A stretch of 64,000 nucleotides of DNA from Tubiluchus corallicola (Eukaryota; Animalia; Priapulida), in NCBI GenBank assembly GCA_030141605.1, contig JAQGDQ010000056.1:124001-188000 (forward strand), given 5' to 3'. A model generated the notes under the pieces. That model did no database searches, had not been told where the DNA came from, and saw only the letters and a list, made by a program, of their open reading frames with translations. This document shows, piece by piece, positions 26,692-40,400 of this stretch; position 1 is the stretch's first letter; each line of letters opens with the position of its first letter. Made by a program: the position numbers and the translations under genes.

Positions 26692-28442
26692 CATTTGCCG
26701 TCGTCTCGCTCTATTTTCCTGTCCTTGCCTTTCATTTTCGATTATTCAAAACGAAAGTACAACTGAAAAAATCTGCTCGTATTCAGAAGAGCTGGTATTC
26801 TGCGGAGTTGTTGCTGCTGCGCGATTACGATTTAATACGGTAAAGTCACAGGGGAGGAGAAGGCATGTTAATAACAGGCAGAGCAAATTTGATCAATATT
26901 TTCTGGCCTAATGATTACACTTGCTGATTTTGCAGATTAGACGATGTTGCAGTATTACTACCGGATATATTGGCCTGGCCGGAAGGAATAACGGGGCTGC
27001 CGACCTACTGTGTGTGTGTGTACACAATATGTCGTAAATACATTAGCTAGTCATTAATGAAGTTTGACTCATCTTTGCATTATGTAAGTAAATGTTCCGA
27101 GCCTACAAATGCTGGTAATTCTGGGAAATTTTTACATTTGACATTTTCACTCAGAGGAGTGGAGCTGAACAAGTATTATGGTCCTTTTTGCAAAAATCAA
27201 ATTTTCTCGTAAAACGTCTGAGCACTTTTAAACATAGCTTTGTGTTCGTCACGTTTTCCAGAGTATTAGTGAATATGGCGAATTTCTGCATGTGTCATGT
27301 TATTTTGTCATAGAATTTAAAATCTGGCCGTGTATGTTTTAATGCATTTACTGTATTGAATGAATGCACCAAGGATAAATTTATGTACTTCGTTCGTCTG
27401 TAAGAATAGAAAACAGAACAGTCTATACACTGCTATTTTTTGCCTTTTGTATGCCCTAGGCTTTTTTAGTATTAGGATAGCCAACGTCGAACGAAATTGT
27501 GAAATCTAAAGAAATTTCAACAGAAATTTTTAACAATGAAAACATGCGGTTGCATGTCCAAAAATGTGTAGCAACCCTTGCTGTTTTTGCTAACTTTCTT
27601 CTGATTTTATGCCATTCTTAGATAAATGATGTTGCAAGTTCTCAGACACAGTTGAATTATAAATAGATTTTACCTTACTATTGCTATTGATTATTGCTGA
27701 TGATTATTAGTATTATTATTATTAGTAGTATTATTAGTGTGACCAACCGTGCATGATTATTGTGTGATCAATCTGTATGTTACTGTAACTGTAATAATCC
27801 AAATCTGTAATTGATGCTGCTTTCATGACATTCAGAGTTTAGGCTCATAGGGCCTCATTACAAAAAGTATTGATTTTTTGTATAAACCTACTATGTAGAA
27901 ATACAGAATTATCAGTTACTTTGCCAAATTCATGATCATTAAGCACAGGAGTGTAAGCAATAACAGTTTAAACGTTATTCCTGTCGGCATTTTTGAAACA
28001 AAATGTTGCTATATAACAAACTTTCTCTTTACGAAATTTATTTGCTTTTTTAGAGTCAGTACTGCAAAGTATGTACAGAGCTCCGATCCAAGGTTTTCTG
28101 TTTCCAAGTTAAGCTAACAAGTTTCCAATCAATTTGACCAGACAAAGTACAAATATGTATACTTACAGTGTCTGTTTGTAGAGACAGTAGTAGGTAATGT
28201 CTTCCATGGAATTCTGCCATCGAGGTTTCGTCTTTCTGTGTATCAACTGTGTGATTAGAATTTTCAACTCAAACTAGATAAATTGAGTTTGCTCATTTAA
28301 ACAAAGGAGTCGAAATAGTGTAATGTGCTTGGAAATTCAAACAGGCAAACACTTACATGTAAAAAGGAACTGATGACTTGTCGTGCTGTGGATACCACTT
28401 TGCATCAATATTGGGACAGTGTATGACATTCTGTGCAGAATC

Positions 28443-31400
28443 ATGACTGAATCCAGTCGCTTACCTAAATGGGAGATGCTTTCTCCGTCTGAGTTTCATC
28501 AACTGCAGGAATACAGCTCATGTAAGTTGATTAATGCAATTTCACATCTTGAAATTTTTGGTGTCTAAGTAATTTTTGTGGAATCTTTCAAGAAATATTT
28601 GCTAGCTAGCCCAGTACACAACCAATTTGCTAGCTAGCCCAGTACAATGGCAATAGGCCACCTGTATTTCTGGGGCCCGGAGCTTGGGCTCCTGTATTCG
28701 GCTTTTAATTCCCGTGTGCAAATTGCGTTTGGTACAGTGTTGCAGCATTTGATCACATACTAGCGATGCTTTTTCACTGAAACGAGTAAACTAAAGAGGT
28801 CTTCAACAAATTGTTGAAAAAGAAAAAAGATACGTGTGATGGTATCGTTTGACAACCTGAGGATGCATAAGTTAGTTTAAAACATGATAGTTTGCAGTCT
28901 CTTTCGATGAAAAAACATGCCTTATTTGAGACAAATTGTTCAAAAATTGGCTAAATTGATATTATGCCATTTGCCAGATATTTTGTGGAATTATATATAA
29001 CACCTGTAAAAGGTAAAGGATGACACGAGGAAAGCAAATTTCCACAGAAGTTGGTGCTATCAAAACTGTAGCCTGTAATGTGTTTATACAGTCACTCATA
29101 GATGATTATGGCACTAAATTTATAAAAATTATTATGTGGTTTATTGAGCACATTAAGAGTGTGCAATATTTATTTTTAGTTGATTCATGTTTTTGTGATA
29201 AGCCAAGGATGAAGCCCGACCCATATTTTGCATTTGGCATTTGCATGTTGAGCTTTGAGTATAGAATTTCAATTGCTTCTGTCATAATATTTTATTTTCA
29301 AGATTCTAGCAAAAAGTTGAAGGACGTTCTACATGAGTTTCATGGTGAAGGAGTCCTTTCCAAATATAATCCTGAAGAGGTAAGTACATTCAAACCATAG
29401 ATTTAAACTGGCTGACAAACAAACAAGAAAAATTATGGAATGATGCATACAAACAATAAACGTAAACATGATATTCAAGCTTTTTTAGCCCGTACTGACT
29501 TCACACAGACAGACACACAAGCTTGACCGTATTATGAAACGTGTGGAAAAATCAAAGCCTACTCTGTAATATTAATTACTACTAATTCGTGTGTTTTTCC
29601 CTGAGCATATCAATTAGTATTAATAAACTAAAATTAAGTAATAAACTTATAAGTAAAGCTAATGACAATAATGGTGATTGTCTGAAAGTAATATCTGTTG
29701 TAATACAATGCAAGAGAAATCATGCACTTCTGTGCATTAAAATTTGCATGTATTGTTGCTACTACTGCATCGTGATCACATCAATAACGTCACCCTGTAT
29801 GCTGCATATTTTCTTAACGATTTATTAAAAGCAGCTTCGAAAACACTTTGACATTTTGTAGAAGCATATTCTCTTTCATTAATTTTATTGATCTAGGATC
29901 AATCACGCTAATTAAAATTGCTAATTATAAATTTTACATTCGCCAGTAATTTATTGTTCAAAATGTCATCCACTTTTAATTGGCAAATGCAATCGGTGGC
30001 TTTTCTCAGCCATCATAAACTGGTTCTATCTCAGCGTAATTTGAAAATTTATTACATGCAGTGAAGATTAGTCTGCATGTCGTTGGCAGGAGACAAAATC
30101 TTTATGTTACTGTGCCGCCAAACTTACTTAACAGCTTAGGTTAACATAATATCCTGTGGTACTTTCTATAAAGCAAGATTGCAGTAAACTGAAGAACCTT
30201 CTCGCAATCTTAGATTGTTTTAGAATTTAGAGTCTAGTCAGGAAAGGCATCATGGGAAACCTTTATTTCTTGCTGTTAAAAGACTAATTGTTTCCTGAAA
30301 GAGCAGAAACTATTGACATGATTCTTGGAAAATTGCAGTGCAAGACCGTTTGTGTGTGTCTGCCATACCGAAATTAGATTTGAAATTGTTTATTAGCCTT
30401 GTCAACCATTCTGTGGTTGAAGTACATTATACCTTGTCAGATTTCGTTTGTGTTTTGCGCAGTCGTAATTCAAATCAAATATTTACAAATATTTTGAAAT
30501 GTTTGTTATGTTTAAACACTACAACACTACAACACATACAAAAAACTAGTTAGTTTTTGTATAGTGGTTGGCCCAATTCTTGCTTTACTTTTTTTATGTG
30601 TCACATTTATCTAATTTTAAGTTTCTGCCTTTGAACCATGTTTTCTCTGGTAAATGTAAATGGATTTGGGGGCATATTAAATGTTAGGATTGTAGCTCAA
30701 GATCAGCTTTCTAGTGCAAGCATCACTTGCATGATTCATATCAGTTGATTAGTAGTTGGATTGTGTCTGTACTTTATTTTTTTATAAATTCACAGCTTAC
30801 CATAGTAATAATAAAAGTAAAATAATAAAAAATATAAGTCACAAGTAGTGATGGTAAATACTTCATTGTTAACTGTTTATTGTTATACTATTTTACATAA
30901 TTGAATAGATTACATGATTTAATATGATATAATGTAAGCTTAATTGATAAAGTGCTATGATCACAAGTAAATTCCCGTTATTTATAAAATTTCATCAACA
31001 TTTTTGCTTGTAGCCAATTGACTATGAAGGGTTTAAATTGTTTATGGACACCTACCTCGAAGTGGATGTGCCTGCAGAACTGTGTCAACATCTTTTCTTG
31101 TCATTCATACGAAGGCCTGGCTCAGCTAAACCAGAAGATTTGAAAGGTACAGCATTGCAGTGTGAAATTAGTTTCTGTTGGTTTTTATTGTTAGTAGCGT
31201 ATTTAATAAGAATCAGTGTGCATGGAAACTGTTTAGCAATGTCAGTGCAAGCCAGTGCGTTTTCGTGGGCTTACTGACACGTCTTTACAATTAAAATTTG
31301 ATCAGCTGCTTTTTTCCTCACAAAGCTTGAAATGTTACACTACATTTATTTCACATTTAAACAAATTTTTGTCATTTGTGGATCGATTACTTGCAGAAAC

Positions 31401-34400
31401 GATTGTAATTATTTTCATTTGTTACAAAATTAAGTAATACTTTAAAACTTGAAAGACAAGTAAGTTGCGTTTTATGAGAAACTATCCAGAGTAGATAGTT
31501 TCTGATGTGCAAACTGTCGTTTCAACATTTTTGAAATTACAGCAGTATACGCGGACATTTTTTATTGTCCTTGGAGAGTATAATGGTGACTTAGCAATAT
31601 TTATTTGCCTTTTGTCAGGAAAAGACACAATAAAAGAAGTAGCGGCTGCAACTCAGCAGACGATGTGTGCAGCCATTACAGCTCACAATGAAAACAAGGA
31701 TAATATAAACGTGAGCTCTACTATACTGGATAAAGTAGAGGGCAAGCCTCATCACACCAGCATATCAGAAAAACTGCATGGATTAACAGAGAAGATCCAT
31801 ATGTTAAGCTACCATGGCAAACATGAAAGTTCCGGCAGTCTAGATACTGGAAGTCAAGGTCGTACAGGTATGATATTTCTTGAAGCTAGTGTATTAATGT
31901 TTCCTTTCTTTTCAGCAATGCCTAACATTTGGAAGACCTTCTTGTTGAAACAATACTGGCCAGTTCTTTGGTTTTGCTCTGTATAATGTTTATTGATAGG
32001 ATATTTTTAGCATTCTGCCAGTTGAAATGTCAGCCCTCCAGGGGTTTTGCTTGTTTGATAAAGCAACACATGCATGTGGCTCTTGTGTTCTCCGCTGGCA
32101 ATTGATTCAGTAGTGAAGCTGTTTTCATTATAGTGTTGAAAGTAGAACCGGTGAGAGACAATTGGACAACACCCTAATGCATACTTATTTAATTGCAGTT
32201 TGTCAACTGTTTAATTTACTAATTAACAAAATAGTAAAATGGTTTCGTTGTTCTGCTCAATGATCAGTTGACTTTTGGGCAAAGTCTTGGGCACATAATC
32301 AACATCTAACTTATCAATTAATAAAGGTAATATTAATAGCCTGATTTCATTTCATATTAAATTAGTAATCACTGGACCTATATTTCCTAATTAAATTGTC
32401 AATTGGAGTTGTTTACACTCGTAGATGAGTTAAAAAATTGCCTTAGTTTATGTATTATTAGGTTCAGGCTTGTCAGTTATTCTGTGTATACTTTGTATAC
32501 GTTTCTTTTTTGTTTGGACATCTCACCTTTTCAATGTTTTCCATGTTCGAGAGTTGGCAGTGTTTCACTAACGTTTATATCATATTTAAATGTCCACATT
32601 TTATTTATTAGTGTATCATAATTTTTTAAATTAAATGTTTAAGAAAAATCCTTATTTAACCTAAATCAGTGTGAAACGGGGTATTATAAGTTGTAATATC
32701 CAATCGTTATGCTGCGGGTAGAAATCGACAGTCCTTCAGTCATAAAAGACCCATTCTTTTGTCTTAATATCATTATTATATTAAAGTTAAAATTTCCAAA
32801 AATATCCCAGAATATAGTCACCTTTAGCTGCGAGATTGCTGGTAACATTATTTTCTAAGTTAACTTAATAAAGGTAGTATATTAGCAGCAGAACAAAAAA
32901 GCGAAAATGCTGGAAACATATTTTTTAATTGCCTAATGAAATATTGCTTGTTCTTCATTAAATACGCTTATGAGTTGTGCTTGCATTAGTGACTAATAGT
33001 GCTAATTTGTGGTGCTTGATTTTAGATTAATCACAACAATGTAGCTACCGATTAGTATTTTTACTGAGCGTTAAATACATTATTATGCATGTGAGATATG
33101 ACAAGTATATTGACAATAATCGCGATAATCTGACAATAATTTAAAATGTCATATTTCTTAGGATGCATTTATCATCCACACTCTACTATGTGAAGCCATT
33201 TGTTGGTTCTCTGTATGATATTTCTTCAACCAGGTAAATGGGCAGTGTGAGATTTTGCAGGCAATTTAAAAACAAGTAAGGCTGTAAATTGAGTACAGCT
33301 TATCGTGGATCTTGTGGTGCTAAGGCCAGTGCACTCTTTTTCATGTTGCCAGTCAGATGTGTATTTTTTTCATGTTTATACATCTTGTTACGACACTCCA
33401 GTTGTGATTTTAATGATCTTCCATAATAATGAGTTTTGGTTAAAATTCATGCTACTTGACGGATGATGCAAGTTATACTACAGCTTCGCATACATAGGGT
33501 GATTAAAAAACATAGCAAGTTTTTTGGAATGTTGTTGCTGTTTTAGAAAACGATTCTGCATTGTTAGGAGAATTATCATTGGCAGAGAATCAGATAAGAA
33601 CTAATCTTATCTTACTAACCCTTAATTTGAAGTGGAAAGATATTTGTTTAATTGTAGATGTTTATTTGAAGCACAAGAGAATAATACTAATTTCTTCTTA
33701 TCGTTGTACTAATGCTTCTGCATCACTGCTATTAACAATTTTTGCGGCTTGGTTTCTAGGGAGTTTCTCCAGTCAGACTCATCCCTCTATGAGCGTTCAC
33801 CGAACAGATGGCCATATAATTAGTGACACGAAGTCAGGAGATTCATCACCTATTCCTTCCAACCACTCACGAAACTCTTCGAAGAAATCAAACAATTCTG
33901 TTCTTACGCAGAATGGTAACTATTACCCAGAAGCTATGTGATTTTTTGCTAACCTTAGTTTCTGCACTTTTTTAAGCTGGCTAGATGCAGTGTGAAATAA
34001 CGCTTCCTAACATTTACTAAACTGCTGGTAAGTGGCAGTGTATATACTGTAATCTACATGGTGTATTTGTTAATGCTGCTTATTTAAATCTCATTTTGCA
34101 TTCAAAAACTGTTCCCTTTTTACTGTTTTGTGATCTTACGATCACCCTCAATAGTTTATCGGATTTTAGAGTGATTACCATATTTCTCTCATATCAAACT
34201 GTTTACAGGTCATTCGGAAGACTGGGTAAAACGTTCTGCCTCGTCGTTACTCAAGTCACATTCGGAGAGTAGTAAGCTATCAAAAGCCGGTAGTATTATT
34301 GATTTGCATACAGCTCGAGTGCCTTTAAAAGACATCGTATGTTACTTGTCATTGCTAGAGGGTGCTAGACCCAAGGATAAATTAGAATGTGAGTAACTCA

Positions 34401-37400
34401 AGCTTGTTTAAATAAACTGTAAAGGTTATTGCATTCCATTATTCGATTCGCACTAAATCTTTCAAAAAACCAAGTTCTGTTCAGGATATAGATATAGATA
34501 GAAGATTCGAATATGTTTTTTGATGGCTTTTGTGATTTATTTTTGCAGATTCTTAAACATCAAGTTTTTAGTTATTAGCGTGTTCGTTTTAATGATTTTC
34601 TGCAGTTTCACATGCTGTGAACATGTGTTAATGTATGTTTTTCAGTTCTTTTGCCAAATGAAACTGAAAATTGTTGGAACGTTTGCTAACACATGTTTGA
34701 AATAGATATGTTCAAACTGGCAGTTTTTCTAACAAAACCCCATAGGAGAATTCTTGTTCTGAATTTTTGGCTAAACCATTTTTTAAACTTTTGTTTTTTA
34801 CAGTTATGTTTAGGTTATATGACACGGATGGTAATGGCTTACTAGACAGTGCTGTGAGTATTTACTTAACATTCCTATAAACCTGATTTAATATTCATGT
34901 GTTATATAACCTTAACTTGTGCAAACACACTAGAAGCACACTAAGGTCTTAAATTAATTTTCATTTGTCTGTAACCAAATCACAACTTATAAATCCATGA
35001 TGAATTATCGATATTTATTATCACCTTTTCGTTAATAGTTTAGCTATCTGTTGTTTTTATCACCATGTTGTGTCATGGATAAAAAAGCTAGCATTCAAAG
35101 TTTAAACTAAGTTTTATTTACATTTTTTTATCATTAGCTTTTAGCTTTTATAACTGAATAAGATTAAACGATTTAATGTAACCTATTTTCTAAACAAACT
35201 TAAGTAGTATCTTATTTAGAAATCTTCACTATAAACATAATAGTGAAAATTAAAATGTCTAATAGTCGCTGCTGCATCTTGTCTGGTTTTTCGTCTGGTA
35301 CATCTTGTATGTCATATTCAATTGCTCTTTGTTGCACATTCAACATTTTAGCATTTGCTGATTTGTACTTTTTGTTAGCGCTGGTTGTTCAGTGTATTTG
35401 AAATCATTTGAAGTGTGTAGTATAATATGAATTTTCATCTTGAATGTTTATTCTAATAGTTTTGCTTTATTTTTCATACTTTTTTCAAAATTAACTGCTT
35501 ATTTTATACGATTTTAGGAACTGGATTGTATTGTAAATCAAATGATGAGTGTAGCAGAATATCTTGGTTGGGATGTAACTGAATTGAGGCCTGTAAGTAC
35601 CTTTGCATTATGATCATTGTGGATGTAGTCAGTAGTTACCACCAGAAAAAACCTTGTGTGGATATTACTGCTTCCTTTCAAAAATGCTTCTAAATTCAGT
35701 AAAATCTGTAAAATTTTGAATAAAGGCGATGATTAATCATTTTGTAACTGACTGTATTTAAAATGATAAAAAGTATCACAAGTGCCAATTGTAGATATAT
35801 GCTGCCTTGCAGACAATTTGTGTTTCAGTTTTTTGTGGCACTTTAGATGGCAGTTGCTAAAATTTATTTTCTAGATTCTTCAAGACATGATGGTGGAGAT
35901 TGATTACGACAATGACGGAACAATAACTTTAGAAGAATGGAAACGAGGAGGCATGACCACCATTCCACTGCTTGTCCTATTAGGATTAGATACTGTAAGT
36001 CTTATAATATTAGCCTGTGAGAGTAAATGAAGAAAGTTTTGATCGTCTGAGTTCGTGATTGAAAAACAAATAGCATTGACCAGCGTTGATCAATGAAATT
36101 TTTGTCATTTTGATAAATAATTATCCACAAAATTTCTGTGAATCCGTTGCTTTTGACAGCAGCAACTTTAGCTTCTTGAAATGAAGTTGGTGATTGCTGG
36201 TGATTAGTATTGATAACTAACAGACAAACTTACTGGCTCGTTATCCTAAAGTCCTAAGGTGACAGTTGGTTCATCACTAGGCATGAAATAGTGTAAGTGG
36301 TAGAACTAGATTCAAGAATTATATATTATAAATCTTTTAGTTGTTTGAGTATTATATTTTACTTGCATCAAATACAGTTTTATTGTACATAAATGTAATG
36401 AATGCATTTTTCACACTTATTCCCTATAAATGCATCTTTCACACTTTTAATATAATAGAACCTGTTTTGTCTGTTATGGTAGTTCCATATATCAGTTTTC
36501 TTGGCGAACTGTGAAACTGCATTTGGGTAGCATTTGTTTAGTCCATTTTTGAATAGTAGAAAACAAGCTCATTTATTTCATAGAAGCCAGAATTAAAACT
36601 TATCTGCGATCGAACAAATTTAATCATTGTTTAAGTTTATCTAATTATTTGCAACAGAATGTGATCAAAGACGATGGTAATCATGTGTGGCGATTGAAGC
36701 ATTTCAACAAGCCTGCATATTGTAACCTTTGTCTTAATATGTTGGTTGGTTTTGGAAAGCAAGGCCTCACATGTACATGTAAGTAAATTTTCAATGTGTC
36801 TACTTTATTAGAACACAGTATTTAGGATGCAACAATTAAAGCTCACTATAGATTTATGATAATAGATTTGAGATATCAGATTTCAGATGTCAGTTAGTGT
36901 GATGGCCGTAACTGCAAATCACTTATCTATGTTCCTAGACTTTAGTTAGTGTTTTCGGTGTACGAGACACTGAGTTAAACCAGTTAGTTAACATAGTATA
37001 ACATCATTAGTAAACATAGTAAGGCCCGAGGTTAACCATCCTCGAACCTAGTTAGCAGATTTAGCAGATAGGTTGATAACTGATGGAAACTACTTGTCTT
37101 CCAGTTTCATTTGTTCTACTGCCATCTGATTTTTTTTCTCTTTATATGTGCATTATCAAATGCGGTTGAAATAGCACTGCACTTCAGTGTCTCATAATAT
37201 TATATTTCATAACTAACAATGGTCTAGATTCTTGGTATTATTTTGAACAGTTAGTAGTAGGCCCTATATACTTATATAGCATATTATTATGAGCATAAAA
37301 ATGATTATGTTTCGTTATGTGTTTTAGTTTGTAAATACACTGTTCATGAGCGTTGTGTGCAGAGAGCACCAGCATCGTGCATAGGAACCTATGTCAAGTC

Positions 37401-40400
37401 CAAGAAAACTCCACAGGTATTAAAAAAAATTTACATTACACATTTCAGATGAAAAATTTTCATAAAAGCTAATAAAGTTAACTTTAGTATAACTTCCCTA
37501 GGGTTGGTTTTATTCCTGTTGCTGAGTTTTAGAATGAGTTTTATTCACAAAGATTAAGCCTTCAGCTACAATGTCAGGTGACATGTCGCAAAATAAAAAA
37601 AAATGGTATGCAACTGAACACCACTTAATTTCTGATGTAATTTTGAAACTCAGAGTTTTTATTAATGAAATGAAATAAAAATACACACTAGTAGAAACCT
37701 CTAAATGTTAGTCCTATAAGAAACCTGTTCTTTTCGATTCCCATTTTCGTATTTGGTAACGTGCCCCCGTTTACCAAATTTTTGGTTTAAGTTGATCAAA
37801 AATAAGTTCTGTGTTCTATAAATTTGAGTTAATGTGCAAAATGAGAACAAATTGTTTTCGACAATATGTTATGTTTTACAATTGAATCGTAATTCTTTGC
37901 GAATCAGAAAACTTGCACGATTTTACCTATCTTTATTTATGATCTAGTTAGACCTTCGTGTAACTATAAGCAATTTTATGATTTGTCGTTCTGCGTTGGT
38001 GATGGATCGGAAATATAAAATTGAAAGCAATGCAGTCTGATGTGTTTAATAGAACGAGTTTTCTGGAATAAATGTATTCGTTAGTTTTGTTCACAAGAAT
38101 CTATAAAGTTGTTTCCATTATTGATTTCCTGATTCAAATGGCAATGCTGCTATTAGTCACTAACTAATGTTGTTGCAGTAGTTCAGTTAAAATGTGTCAT
38201 TTCAAAAATCTTTATCTTTCTGATTAGGTGATGAATCACCACTGGATCGAGGGCAACTGTCCTGGTAAATGTGATCGCTGCAAAAAGTCAATAAAAAGTT
38301 ACAATGGTGTGACTGGATTGCATTGTTGTTGGTGCCAGATAACGGTAAAGCCACGCATGAAACATGAGGTTTTGATAGGCTGGTGTAGGGGTGTTTTGAT
38401 GTGCAGATTTGTGATTGTGAAAGTAGTTGTTTATCGAAACATCATGTTGAAGTTTAACATAAGAAATTAAGACTCCAATGAGCCTTTAGTCTTAGTGGTA
38501 AATTTTACTAATATTGTTTTTTGTGTATTTTAGCTGCACAATAAGTGCGCATCTCATATCAAACCAGAGTGCACTTTTGGTGACGTACGTGACCACATCT
38601 TGCCACCAACTGCCATCTGTCCTGCCGTGTTAGAAAGGCAGCCAGTTCCCAGTGGGAAGCGATCACTGAATCGTACCGACTCTTCTATGATGGACAGCTC
38701 GGGATTGCAAGTATGTATTTACTTGCTAACTTTAACTGGGAACATGAACATTTGTGTGTGTGAGTGTGATCTCTGAGCTTTTAGTACATTTAAATGGGGG
38801 TATGAACTTAATATATTGGTACAGTAGGTCCTCGCTTAACGACTCCCCGTTTAGCGACGTTTCGTTTTAACGATACGGAACATTTGACACCTTTTTCTCA
38901 GACGCAAAACGTTTCATTTTTACGACAATTTTTTTACTTTGCTCAAAGCCATTTTTATTTTATCGATCACATTTCTTTACCTAATTTGAAGCATTAAAAC
39001 GGTACATATTGCATTATTCTGTTCTAAAAACGCATAGTAACCTAAAGAGTGCAATTATTATAATGCTTTTGCTTCCCAACTGACTACGTACTAAATTGTG
39101 TCAAGCTTTTTGCCGATTTATGCGCCTCCAGACGCCCGAGTTTAAACTTTATGCCAAAGAATTTTGTCTGCAACCTGTTGCTATAACAACCAGGTTAGTA
39201 CTTCAAGAAATTTTTTCAAGGTCGCTTCATGCAGGCTTGGCATTCTTTACACAGTGGTTAACTGCGAACTGCCTATATATAGGCTGCAACGTTAAGGAGA
39301 GAAACCATTAGCAAGTCTAGCTAGATGTTATAGAAAGATAGGTGGTTTCATGAATAAAAACCATAAAATGTTTAATTTGTATGATTGAAGCAGCATTGAT
39401 TTTTACTTCATGAACGTATATCAGTTCTTTGACATTATTTTCTATGGAAGTCTTAGTTTCGTTTAACGACGTTTCGCTTAAAGTCTCATTTTTCTGGAAC
39501 GCTTTAAACGTCGTTAGGCGAGGACTTCTGGCTAATTAGCTATTGTTCTCTGTCATTCTCACTAATAGATCACCCATGCTAATACATACGTGTGGTGAAT
39601 TTGTAGTAGTTTTAGCTGCATTAATCTAATTATGGCATGTGTGATTACTTTGGTATTCGTATTCTGTATTAATTATTTTCAGTAATTGCAATAATTGCTA
39701 TTGTTCTTATGAACATGAGGTAATGGAGAAGATAATGTAGTGTAAGGATAATGTAATGAGTTTAATCACACTCTTGATATTTTTATGTTACATGTTGTAG
39801 TTTCAGATTACTCCACCAGCCAGCACTCATCCACTGCTGGTATTTATAAATCCAAAAAGCGGTGGCAAGCAGGGAACTCGGTTACTACGGAAATTCCAAT
39901 ACTTGCTAAATCCACGACAAGTTTTTAACTTAGCTAAAGGTGGTCCAGCACCAGGGTACGTCTTGCATTTGTAGGCATGCGCTAAGTATTTGTTACAAAA
40001 GTTATGGCATTTTCACCTCAAAAAAATGTAAGAAATATTTATACTGTCTAAAGATAAAATAAAGAAATTGTCTTGGCAGCGGTTTTTGCTTTCTTGCAGA
40101 CTACAGTTATTTCAGGAAGTTCGAGGATTCAGGGTTCTCTGTGCTGGAGGAGATGGAACTATAGGCTGGGTACTAGAAGTAATGGGTATGCAGTTGTTAT
40201 ACTTTACTACTCCTAAACATTATCACCCTCAACAGACAAGCCATCATAAGTTCTGTGAAAGGAGGGTGAAAGAGTGAGTCACAGAAGCGATCAAATACTT
40301 TTTAAGAAAATGAATTTCTTAAAGAAATCAATTCCACTCTGGTATAAAAAGACTTGCATCTAAATAGCTGATTTATGTAAACAATATTGGGTTATTTTTT

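Noticed and set aside
26491-26694. ERERERE-repeat ORF
   Set aside because: It is just the translation of the (CT)n microsatellite.
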